Assembly (NCBI GenBank): GCA_020632695.1 | Contig: JACKFB010000014.1 | Location: forward strand, 6,231 to 70,230 | Length of the DNA: 64,000 nucleotides | Direction: 5' to 3' | From: Deltaproteobacteria bacterium | Lineage (GTDB): Bacteria; Myxococcota_A; UBA9042; PHBI01; JACKFB01 | Part shown: positions 12,906 to 21,023 of the stretch, piece after piece | How the letters are laid out: every line of letters begins with the position of its first letter | How positions within the stretch are numbered: position 1 is the first letter of the stretch | The notes under the pieces: generated by a model | Database searches by the model: none | What the model saw: only the letters and a program-made list of their open reading frames with translations | Told to the model about the DNA's origin: nothing | Position numbers and translations under genes: made by a program

Positions 12906-13895
12906 GTGCGAGCAGTCGTCATCACCGAACGCGGCGGGCCGGAGGTGCTGGCCCTTCGTGAGGTGGCCGAGCCTTCGCCCGGTCCCTTCGAGCTGCTGGT
13001 CGACGTGGCGGCCTCGGCGCTGAACCGGGCCGATCTGCTGCAGCGGCGCGGACTCTATCCCGCGCCCCCGGGGGCGCCGGCCGACATCCCGGGGTTGGAG
13101 TTCGCGGGCACGGTGCTCTCGGTCGGCGAGGCGGTCACCCGGTTCGCGGCCGGCGACCGCGTCATGGGCGTCGTGGGCGGCGGCGCCGCGGCCGAGCGCC
13201 TCGCCATCCACGAGCGCGAGGCGATGCGCTGCCCGGAGGGGTTGGCGCTGACCGAGTCGGCGGCCATCCCCGAGGCCTTCGCCACGGCCTTCGACGCTGC
13301 GGTGCTGCAGGGCGGGCTGGCCAGCGGCCAGTGGCTGGTGGTCAACGCCGTCGGGAGCGGCGTGGGCACGGCGGCCGTGCAGCTCGCCCGCGCGCTGGGC
13401 GCCCGGAGCGTCGGCTCGAGCCGCACCCCGACCAAGCTCGGGCTCGCCCGCGGCCTGGGCCTGGACGTGGCCGTCGAGGGCGACTCCACGGCCCTGCCTG
13501 CCGCCGTGCGCGAGGCCACCGGCGGCGCCGGCGCGGCGGTGGCGCTCGACCTGGTCGGCGGCCCCGGCCTCGCCGCGATGCTCGAGTGCCTGCGACCCAC
13601 CGGCACCCTGGTCCTGGTGGGCCTGATGGGCGGCGTGGAGGCCGACCTCTCGCTGGGACGCGTGCTGCGCCAACGCCTGCGCCTGGTGGGCACCGTGCTG
13701 CGCAGCCGCCCGCTCGAGGAGAAGATGGCCCTGGCGCGCGCCTTCGAGGACCGCGTGGTGCCGCTCTTCGAGGGCGCCGACGCGCCGCTACGCCCGGTGG
13801 TGGACCGCGTCCTGTCCTGGGAGGCGGTGGCCGACGCCCACCGCGCCCTGGAGTCCAACGACAGCTTCGGGAAGATCGTGCTGGAACATCGATGA
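12906..13895 (+). CDS. qor: NADPH:quinone oxidoreductase / zinc-type alcohol dehydrogenase family (Qor-like)
   Basis: Starts at GTG with GAGGAG 8 nt upstream. It contains the ALNRADLLQRRGLYP motif and the Rossmann motif AVGSGVGTAAVQLA. It ends with ...FGKIVLEHR. The stop overlaps the next start (ATGA). Confidence 0.8.
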   Translation: MRAVVITERGGPEVLALREVAEPSPGPFELLVDVAASALNRADLLQRRGLYPAPPGAPADIPGLEFAGTVLSVGEAVTRFAAGDRVMGVVGGGAAAERLAIHEREAMRCPEGLALTESAAIPEAFATAFDAAVLQGGLASGQWLVVNAVGSGVGTAAVQLARALGARSVGSSRTPTKLGLARGLGLDVAVEGDSTALPAAVREATGGAGAAVALDLVGGPGLAAMLECLRPTGTLVLVGLMGGVEADLSLGRVLRQRLRLVGTVLRSRPLEEKMALARAFEDRVVPLFEGADAPLRPVVDRVLSWEAVADAHRALESNDSFGKIVLEHR

Positions 13896-16057
13896 GACCC
13901 GGCCTCGCCGCCATCCGGGGCGTCGCGTCCCTGGCGCTGCTCCTGTCGCTGCCCTCGCCTCCCGTGCGCGCCGCCGAGCCGCCGCCCGGCGACCTGGCCA
14001 CCGAGCCCGAGCTGGACGACGATGAGGAGGCGACGCTCCCCGAGCCGGACGACGCCGACGACGACGCCGACGAGGACGCTCGAGCCCTCGCCCCCATCGA
14101 CGCCAGCGACCGCCACCAGCTCGCCCTCCTCGCCGACAGCCTGCCGGCCCACGGCGTCCCCCCGGTCCTGGTGCCGCCGCCCGACGCCGACGATCGCGCC
14201 TTCCACGACCTCGCGCGCCGCCTCGCCCGCGTCTTCGCCCCCCGTCGCGACCGGCACGGCGCCCGCCTCGCCGCGCTGCTCGCCACCCGCCCGCTGGCCC
14301 CGGCCATCGAGGCCCTGGTCCCGCGACATCGCCGCTACCGCGCGCTCATGGACGTGCTGGCCCGCGAGCGCAACCAGCTCCTGGCCGGCCAGCCCACCCT
14401 GCCCCGCACCACCTACCGCGTGCAGGCCGGCACCACCGCGCCGGAGGTGGCCCTGCTGCGCCAGCGCCTGCTGATGGAAGGGTACGGCGACCCCGGCGTC
14501 ACCGGCCGCCTCGCCAGCTACTTCGACGACCGCCTCAAGCGCGCGCTCTGGGGCTGGCAGCGAGACCACGATCTCCCCGTCACCATCTGGCTGGACGACC
14601 TCACCCGCGCCCGCCTCAACGCCCCGGTCGCCAGCATGGCCGAGGCGCTGCTCCTGGCGCTCAGCCGCTGGCGGGACATCGGCTTCCGTCAGGACGCCGA
14701 GCGCCAGGTCCTCGTCCACCTCAACGCCCAGCAGCTGGTCGCCGAGCGTGACGGCAAGGCCGAGCTGACGATGCCGGTCAGCGTGGGGCGCTCCGAGCCC
14801 GCCAACCAGACCCCGATGCTGTCCACCCGGCTCGTGAAGGTGACGGCGAACCCCTCGTGGCGCGTGCCCCGACGCATCGTCGACGAGGAGCTGCGGCCGT
14901 CGGTGGCCGACCAGCCGGGGCTGCTCCGGGACCGCGGCTACCTCGTGGACATCAGCCCCGCGGGGCGCTGGCGGGTGATCCTGGGTCCCGGACCCCAGAA
15001 CCCGCTCGGGCGCCTGAAGTTCAGCCTCGCCGGCACCGGCGGCGTGTACCTGCACGACACCCCGGACGCGCGCCAGTTCGACGCCCGCCGCCGCAGCCTG
15101 TCGCACGGCTGCGTGCGCGTGCAGTCGGCGCGGGAGCTGGCGAGCTGGGTGCTGGGCGACGAGGCGGAGCCGCGGCTCGACGCGGCGCTCGCCGGCACGG
15201 CGACCCGGAGCTTCCAGGCCGCCCCCTCCATCCCGGTCCATCTGGTCTACCAGACCCTCACGGTCGACGAGGACGGGCGCGTCCTGCGCTTCCCGGACAT
15301 CTACGACCTCGACCGCGAGGCGCTGGCGAGCATCGACGCCCGCAGCGTGCTCGCCGCGCGTCCGCCGCCGGTGCGGGAGGCTCCGTCGACGCAGGAGGCC
15401 GGGGGCGGGGCCGAGGCCGGGGCCGGGGGCGGGGCCGGAGCCGGGGCCGGAGCCGGAGCCGGGGCCGGGGCCGGGGCCGGAGCCGGAGCCGGGGCCGGGG
15501 CCGGAGCCGGGGCCGGAGCCGAGGCCGGGGCAGGGGCCGGGGCCGGGGGCGAGGCCGGGGCCGGGGCCGGGGCCGGGGGCGAGGCCGGGGCGGTCTACGG
15601 GCTGCGCTTCGCCGTCGTCGACGAGGCCGGGCGCACCGGCTCGCTGGATGGCCACGCCGGCCACCTGCTGGCCGTGATGTTCGCCGGGGAGACCTGCGCG
15701 CCGTGTCACGACCTGGCCCCGCGCGTCGTGACGCTCAGCCGTGAGCTGCTCGCCCGGGGTCAGACCCTCGACTTCGTGGTCATCGACGCCGAGCACCCGA
15801 ACGACGCCCCGCCGCGCCAGTGGGAGGAGGGCATGCCGGCGCCGATCCTGCGGGTCCCGGAGTCGGTGCTGCGCGGCGCGTCGTCGCTGGGCACCATCGA
15901 GGTGTTGCCCACCCTCTGGATCGTCGGGCGCACCGGGGTCCCGCTCTACCGCTACGAGGGGACCGGCGACGAGGTCGTGGCGGCGATGCGCGAGGACGTG
16001 GAGCGCTATCTGGAGGCCGAGGCCCGCTTCCGCACCCGCGCGCGTCCGCTACGCTGA
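13892..16057 (+). CDS. L,D-transpeptidase (YkuD) with peptidoglycan-binding domain, (GA)n linker and C-terminal thioredoxin-like (CAPC) domain
   Basis: It has a signal peptide and an acidic N-terminal region. The PG_binding_1-like segment is LLRQRLLMEGYGDPGVTG...LWGWQRDHDLPV. The YkuD catalytic motif is YLHDTPDARQFDARRRSLSHGCVRV. A 50-aa GAGAGA linker follows. The thioredoxin-like fold carries TCAPCHDLAP. Confidence 0.8.
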   Translation: MRPGLAAIRGVASLALLLSLPSPPVRAAEPPPGDLATEPELDDDEEATLPEPDDADDDADEDARALAPIDASDRHQLALLADSLPAHGVPPVLVPPPDADDRAFHDLARRLARVFAPRRDRHGARLAALLATRPLAPAIEALVPRHRRYRALMDVLARERNQLLAGQPTLPRTTYRVQAGTTAPEVALLRQRLLMEGYGDPGVTGRLASYFDDRLKRALWGWQRDHDLPVTIWLDDLTRARLNAPVASMAEALLLALSRWRDIGFRQDAERQVLVHLNAQQLVAERDGKAELTMPVSVGRSEPANQTPMLSTRLVKVTANPSWRVPRRIVDEELRPSVADQPGLLRDRGYLVDISPAGRWRVILGPGPQNPLGRLKFSLAGTGGVYLHDTPDARQFDARRRSLSHGCVRVQSARELASWVLGDEAEPRLDAALAGTATRSFQAAPSIPVHLVYQTLTVDEDGRVLRFPDIYDLDREALASIDARSVLAARPPPVREAPSTQEAGGGAEAGAGGGAGAGAGAGAGAGAGAGAGAGAGAGAGAGAEAGAGAGAGGEAGAGAGAGGEAGAVYGLRFAVVDEAGRTGSLDGHAGHLLAVMFAGETCAPCHDLAPRVVTLSRELLARGQTLDFVVIDAEHPNDAPPRQWEEGMPAPILRVPESVLRGASSLGTIEVLPTLWIVGRTGVPLYRYEGTGDEVVAAMREDVERYLEAEARFRTRARPLR

Positions 16058-16108
16058 CCCGGGGGCGCGCCAGAAGCTGCCGCGGGGCACCCGGCCGCGG
16101 CGCGCCGG
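16058..16108. terminator. GC-rich dyad symmetry in a convergent gap (possible bidirectional terminator)
   Basis: GGCGCGCC occurs at 16064-16071 and 16099-16106, with a nested GCCGCGG / CCGCGGC pair between them. It sits between the stop of the L,D-transpeptidase gene and the stop of the minus-strand MlaC-like gene. There is no U-tract. Confidence 0.3.
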
Positions 16109-16834
16109 TCAGGGCGACGCCGCCTCGCCCTCGGGCCGCTCGCCCAGGTCCAGCCCGTAGCGCCGGGCGGTGTCCGCCAGGTAGCGGTCCAGCTCGCTGG
16201 CGCCGCCGTCGCGGTAGATGCGGGCGAAGCGGCTGCGGTAGGTGGCCGCGAGGCTCACCCCGTCGACGCTGACGTCCCAGGCCGCCCAGCCGGTGTCACG
16301 ATGGATGAGGCGGAAGGCCAGCGCCTTGTCCGAGCGGTCCTTGACGTGGATGAGGGTCGCCACCACCGACGCGCGATCGCAGCTCAGGGCCGCGCGGCCG
16401 ACCTCGAGGCGGTGGTGACGCGGGTCCTGGAGGCGCTCGATGTAGCGGTGCTCCAGCAGGACGCGGAGGCTCTGGCGCCAGCGGTCGCGGGTGGCGTCGT
16501 CGGCCTCGGCCCACGCCTCGCCGAGCACGCCCTGGGCGAAGCCGTCCACGTCGACGACGGCGCGCGCCACCTGCTGCGCGCGCTTCTTCCGCAGCGCCTC
16601 GCCCGCTGGTCCCGGGAGGTCGATGGCGTAGGCCTCGCCCAGGCGTTGGAACAGGGTCTCGATGGCGCGCCGCGCCGACTCGGGGTCCTCGACACAGCCG
16701 CCGGCGGCAGGCTCCGCCGCCTCGGGAGAGGTCGCCTCGGCCGCCGGGGGCGCCGCGGGAGGCGCGCCGAAGCTCGCCGGGACGGTCAGGACCGCCAGCA
16801 CCGCGGCGGCGACGCTCGAGAAGGTGGGCTTCAT
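16109..16834 (-). CDS. Secreted MlaC/Ttg2D-like phospholipid-binding protein (tentative)
   Basis: It has a signal peptide MKPTFSSVAAAVLAVLTVPASFGAP. Its size and the central motif VDVDGFAQGVLGEAW...WRQSLRVLLEHRY resemble the MlaC family. Confidence 0.45.
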   Translation of the reverse strand: MKPTFSSVAAAVLAVLTVPASFGAPPAAPPAAEATSPEAAEPAAGGCVEDPESARRAIETLFQRLGEAYAIDLPGPAGEALRKKRAQQVARAVVDVDGFAQGVLGEAWAEADDATRDRWRQSLRVLLEHRYIERLQDPRHHRLEVGRAALSCDRASVVATLIHVKDRSDKALAFRLIHRDTGWAAWDVSVDGVSLAATYRSRFARIYRDGGASELDRYLADTARRYGLDLGERPEGEAASP

Positions 16835-16944
16835 TCACACCCAGGGTACGGGATCGAACACGTTCTACTCAACGGCGCGCGCGCGAAGTGCCGGCCGGCG
16901 GATAGTGTTTGCGAGTCCTGTGGCATGCGTTTAGCCTCCCGCCA

Positions 16945-19881
16945 ATGAGCCCGTCGAACCAGTGGCCGGACGACCCGCCCGAGCCCGCCTCGGCTCCGGC
17001 CGTGCTCGACCCCTCCCAGGCTGCCCCCCGACCGAGCGAAGCCGCAGTCTCCGAGGCCCTCCTCGCCGAGGCGCGGCTGCCGGCGCGCGTGCCGCCGCCC
17101 CGCCGATTCCCCGACCTCGAGGGCGGCGAGGGCGGCTCCCACCTGTCGAACCCGGGGCGCATGCTCTCCCGGCTGGGCCTGACCTGGCGAACCCTGCTGC
17201 ACCTGGTGTTTCGCCGCGTCGCCTTCGACGAGCGCTACCAGCGCATGGTGCGCGAGACGGCCCGGGACGCCGACGTGGTGTTCGTCATGAACCACCACAG
17301 CCTGCTCGACTACCTGTACTTCAACTACGCGTTCCTGCGCTTCGGCCTGCCGCTGGTCTTCTTCGTCAACGGCATCTCGCTGCGCTGGATGCGCCCGCTG
17401 TGGCGCATCGTGCTCGCCGGCCTGCGCCGCCTCATCGGCCGACGCCCCAAGGCGCTGCCCGACACCGATCTCCTCTCCTACGGCCTCGAGCGCGGCCGCC
17501 CGGCGCTGATCTTCCTCAAGCGCCGCGGGCTCTGGCCCTGGTCGCCCGACCTGCACGCGGTCGAGTACCTGGAGACGGTCATCGAGGCGCAGCTCGCCCG
17601 CCAGCGCGAGTGCGACGGCCGCCCCGAGTGCGAGCCGCGCCCGCTGGTCGTCATCCCGCAGCTCCTGGTGTGGAGCCAGAACCCCAACCGCTACCGCCGC
17701 ACGATGAGCGACCTGGTCTTCGGCAACCCGGAGGCTCCCGGGCGCGTCCGCAAGGCCTTGAGCTTCGTCATCAACCGGTCGCGCGCCTTCGTGCAGATGG
17801 GTCAGCCCATCGACCTGGGCGCCTTCATCGCCGAGCAGGCCGACGACCTCTCGGTGGCCGACCTCGCCCGCAAGCTCCGCTTCGCCTGCCTGCAGGCCCT
17901 CTCGGTGGAGGAGCGGGTCATCAAGGGCCCCATCCTCAAGGACGCCAAGCGGATCCGGCAGGAGATCCTGCGCACCCCCGAGATGCAGGCCGAGATCCGC
18001 CGCCTGGCCGCCGAGGGCGACCGCACCAACGAGGAGGTCACCAAGCAGGTGGACCGCTACCTCGACGAGATGGCCGCGGACTTCTCCATGGCCTACATCG
18101 AGGGCATGTGCCTGTTCCTGACGGTGCTCTTCGACCGCATGTACAGCGAGGTGATCGCCGACTCCGACGGCCTCGAGCGCGTGCGCGAGGCGGCCCGGAC
18201 CGCGCCGCTGATCCTGCTGCCCTGCCACCGCAGCCACGTCGACTACCTGGTCATCAGCTACCTCTTCTACGCCAACGGCCTCATCCCGCCGCACATCGCC
18301 GCAGGCGACAACCTCAAGTTCTTCCCGGTCGGCCACATCTTCCGCCGCTCGGGGGCCTTCTTCATCCGGCGCAGCTTCAAGGAGAACCCGGCCTATCGCG
18401 CCACCTTCCGTCACTACCTGCGCAAGCTCGTGCGCGAGGGCTACTGGATCGAGTTCTTCCCCGAGGGCGGGCGCTCGCGCACCGGCAAGATGCTGCCGCC
18501 CAAGTACGGCGTGCTCGCGACGATCCTGGACGCGGTCAAGGGCGGCGCCACCCACGACGTGAAGCTGGTGCCGATCTACGTCGGCTACGAGCAGGTCATC
18601 GAGGAGCGCGCCTACACCCAGGAGCTGTCGGGCGGCGAGAAGAAGAAGGAGAACATCACCGGCCTGCTGAAGACGACCAAGGTGCTGTGGTCGCGCTACG
18701 GGCGACTGTATGTGCGCTTCGGTGAGCCGCTGTCGGTGCGCGAGCAGATGGACATCGCCCAGGTCGGCGACTCGCCCAACGAGTCACCGGAGTATCAGCT
18801 CTTCGTGCGGCGCATGGGCTATCGGGTGCTCGACGGCATCCAGGACGTGGCGCTGGTCACGCCGAGCGCGGTGACCGCCATGGCGCTGCTCACCCACCCC
18901 AAGCGCGGCGTCGCCAAGGAGGTGCTGCTGCGGCGCATCGGCTTCCTGCTCGGCGTGGCCAGCCAGAAGCAGGCGGCGCTCTCCAAGTCCCTCGAGCACG
19001 CCCTGAAGATCCGGCGCCCCGACGTGGCCCAGGCCCTGGAGGAGGCCGCCGAGCAGGGGCTTCCTCCGGAGGTGCTGGCCCTGGGCGCGGCGAGCCCGGT
19101 GGCGCGCGCCCGCGGCCTGGCCGTGCAGGAGGCCGTGGAGCCCGTGCTCGAGCGCTACCTGAAGGAGAAGTACATCGAGGCGCGGACCTTCGAGGACGAC
19201 GTCGTCTACACCCTCGTCGACGACCAGCGCGTCAACCTGGACTTCTACAAGAACAACATCGTGCACCTGCTGATCCCGGAGGCGATCCTCGCCGCCGCGG
19301 TGCGGGGCACCTGGCAGGACCGGGCCACCGACGAGCACACCCTGCGCGACGTCGCGCGCTTTCTGTCGAAGACCTTCAAGTACGAGTTCATCTACGACCC
19401 CGACCGCAGCTTCGACCAGCAGTTCGATGCCACGCTCGAGTCCTTCGAGCGCGCCGGCATCCTGGTGCGCGTGCCCGGCGACGACGACGCGGTCGAGCGC
19501 CTGCTCGGGCCGGCGGAGGACGACCCCCGGCACGAGACGCTGCTCTACCTCCACCAGATCTGTGTGCCGTGGATCGAGTCGTACTGGCTGCTGGCCACCG
19601 GCATCCTCGAGACCGTCGACGAGGAGATCCCGGAGAAGGACCTGCTCAAGAAGCTGCAGCGGATGTCACGGCGCCGCTTCCACGAGGGCGACGTGCGCTG
19701 CCTGGAGGCGGCCAGCACGGTCACCTTCAAGCAGGCGCTGGAGGCCTGCGTGGAGCTCGGCTACGTGGCGCGCGTCCGCCGCGGGCGTGACAGCTTCATC
19801 CGCCGACTCGGCGGCACGGAGGGGGCGCCCGACCCGCTCCTGGAGCTCACCGCCGAGCTGCACCGCTTCATCGGGAGCTGA
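16945..19881 (+). CDS. plsB: Glycerol-3-phosphate 1-O-acyltransferase PlsB
   Basis: Acyltransferase motifs are CHRSHVDYLVISY, GAFFIRRSF and FFPEGGRSRTGK. Total length is about 980 aa with a Pro-rich N-terminal extension. An alternative start lies at 16909. Confidence 0.9.
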   Translation: MSPSNQWPDDPPEPASAPAVLDPSQAAPRPSEAAVSEALLAEARLPARVPPPRRFPDLEGGEGGSHLSNPGRMLSRLGLTWRTLLHLVFRRVAFDERYQRMVRETARDADVVFVMNHHSLLDYLYFNYAFLRFGLPLVFFVNGISLRWMRPLWRIVLAGLRRLIGRRPKALPDTDLLSYGLERGRPALIFLKRRGLWPWSPDLHAVEYLETVIEAQLARQRECDGRPECEPRPLVVIPQLLVWSQNPNRYRRTMSDLVFGNPEAPGRVRKALSFVINRSRAFVQMGQPIDLGAFIAEQADDLSVADLARKLRFACLQALSVEERVIKGPILKDAKRIRQEILRTPEMQAEIRRLAAEGDRTNEEVTKQVDRYLDEMAADFSMAYIEGMCLFLTVLFDRMYSEVIADSDGLERVREAARTAPLILLPCHRSHVDYLVISYLFYANGLIPPHIAAGDNLKFFPVGHIFRRSGAFFIRRSFKENPAYRATFRHYLRKLVREGYWIEFFPEGGRSRTGKMLPPKYGVLATILDAVKGGATHDVKLVPIYVGYEQVIEERAYTQELSGGEKKKENITGLLKTTKVLWSRYGRLYVRFGEPLSVREQMDIAQVGDSPNESPEYQLFVRRMGYRVLDGIQDVALVTPSAVTAMALLTHPKRGVAKEVLLRRIGFLLGVASQKQAALSKSLEHALKIRRPDVAQALEEAAEQGLPPEVLALGAASPVARARGLAVQEAVEPVLERYLKEKYIEARTFEDDVVYTLVDDQRVNLDFYKNNIVHLLIPEAILAAAVRGTWQDRATDEHTLRDVARFLSKTFKYEFIYDPDRSFDQQFDATLESFERAGILVRVPGDDDAVERLLGPAEDDPRHETLLYLHQICVPWIESYWLLATGILETVDEEIPEKDLLKKLQRMSRRRFHEGDVRCLEAASTVTFKQALEACVELGYVARVRRGRDSFIRRLGGTEGAPDPLLELTAELHRFIGS

Positions 19882-19893
19882 ACCGCCCGCCGG

Positions 19894-20892
19894 TCAGCGC
19901 GTGGGCGGGTGCTCGCGCAGCCACCGCGCCAGGCGCTCCATCCCCTCGTCCAGGTCGACGCGGGGCGCGTAGCCCAGGCGGTCGCGGGAGGCGGCGATCG
20001 AGTAGGTCGCCGTGCGGCACAGGTAGCGCACCGAGCTGGCGGTGAAGGGCACCGGCCCGCCCACCAGCTTGCCGCCCAGCTCGAAGGCCCGCCCCAGCGC
20101 GGTCGCCGCCGACGCCGGCAGCGAGGTCCGCGGCGGCTGGAGCCCCGCCGCCTGAGCCAGGCGCGTGAAGTACTCGCGGTAGGTGGTCGTGTCGACGCCG
20201 TCGTGGATCTGGAAGATGCCACCCTCGATCTCGGGGGTGTCCAGCGCCAGCATCAGCCCGTCGACCAGGTTGCCGATCCAGCAGTGCGCCATCAGCCCCG
20301 CGCCGCCGCCGACCAGCACGGGCACCTTCTTGCGCATCATCGCCAGCGGGCGCTCCACCCAGGGCTTGCACCGGGGCCCGTACACGTCGCCCGGCCGGAC
20401 GATGACCGTCGGCAGCCGCCCGTTGGCCATGGCGTGCCGCACCAGCTCCTCGCTGGCCGCCTTCGTGTCGAAGTACGGCGCCCCGGTGTCGGGACAGAGC
20501 GGCGTGCCCTCGCCCGCGCCGACGCCCGGGTCCAGCCCCAGCGCCGCGATCGAGGAGACCTGCACGAAGCGCTGCACGCCCACCGCCGCCGCCGCGTCGA
20601 GCATGTTCTGGGTGCCGGCGACGTTGACCTCCTGGAAGCGCGCGTACTCGCCGCGGTCGTCGACCAGCGCCGCCGCGTGGACCACGCGACGCGGCTCCAG
20701 CCGGCGCAGCAGCTCCAGCACCGCCGAGCCGTCGGTGACGTCCAGACGCAGCGTCGGGACCTCCCCCGCAGCGACGTCGACGCCCTGCACCGACACGCCC
20801 TCCTCGAGCAGCCGCTGCACCAGCGCCTGGCCGATGAAGCCAGCCGCCCCGGTGACCAGGACGTCCACCGGTCCCTTGGGGTCAACCGGCAT
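19894..20892 (-). CDS. NAD-dependent epimerase/dehydratase (extended SDR)
   Basis: N-terminus is VLVTGAAGFIGQALVQRL. The catalytic YxxxK context is PYFDTKAASE. Length is about 332 aa. Confidence 0.8.
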   Translation of the reverse strand: MPVDPKGPVDVLVTGAAGFIGQALVQRLLEEGVSVQGVDVAAGEVPTLRLDVTDGSAVLELLRRLEPRRVVHAAALVDDRGEYARFQEVNVAGTQNMLDAAAAVGVQRFVQVSSIAALGLDPGVGAGEGTPLCPDTGAPYFDTKAASEELVRHAMANGRLPTVIVRPGDVYGPRCKPWVERPLAMMRKKVPVLVGGGAGLMAHCWIGNLVDGLMLALDTPEIEGGIFQIHDGVDTTTYREYFTRLAQAAGLQPPRTSLPASAATALGRAFELGGKLVGGPVPFTASSVRYLCRTATYSIAASRDRLGYAPRVDLDEGMERLARWLREHPPTR

Positions 20893-21023
20893 GCGCGGCC
20901 TCTTCGGCGAGTCGGATCATGCCCTCACCATGCCCCCTCCCGCGGGCGGCGCCAAGGTCGGATCGCCACGCCGGGCACGCGGGCGCCCGGGATGAGGCGG
21001 CGGCTCGTCGTTGTTCACCGGCG

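Noticed and set aside
16831-18555. 574-aa ORF on minus strand
   Set aside because: It is antisense to plsB.
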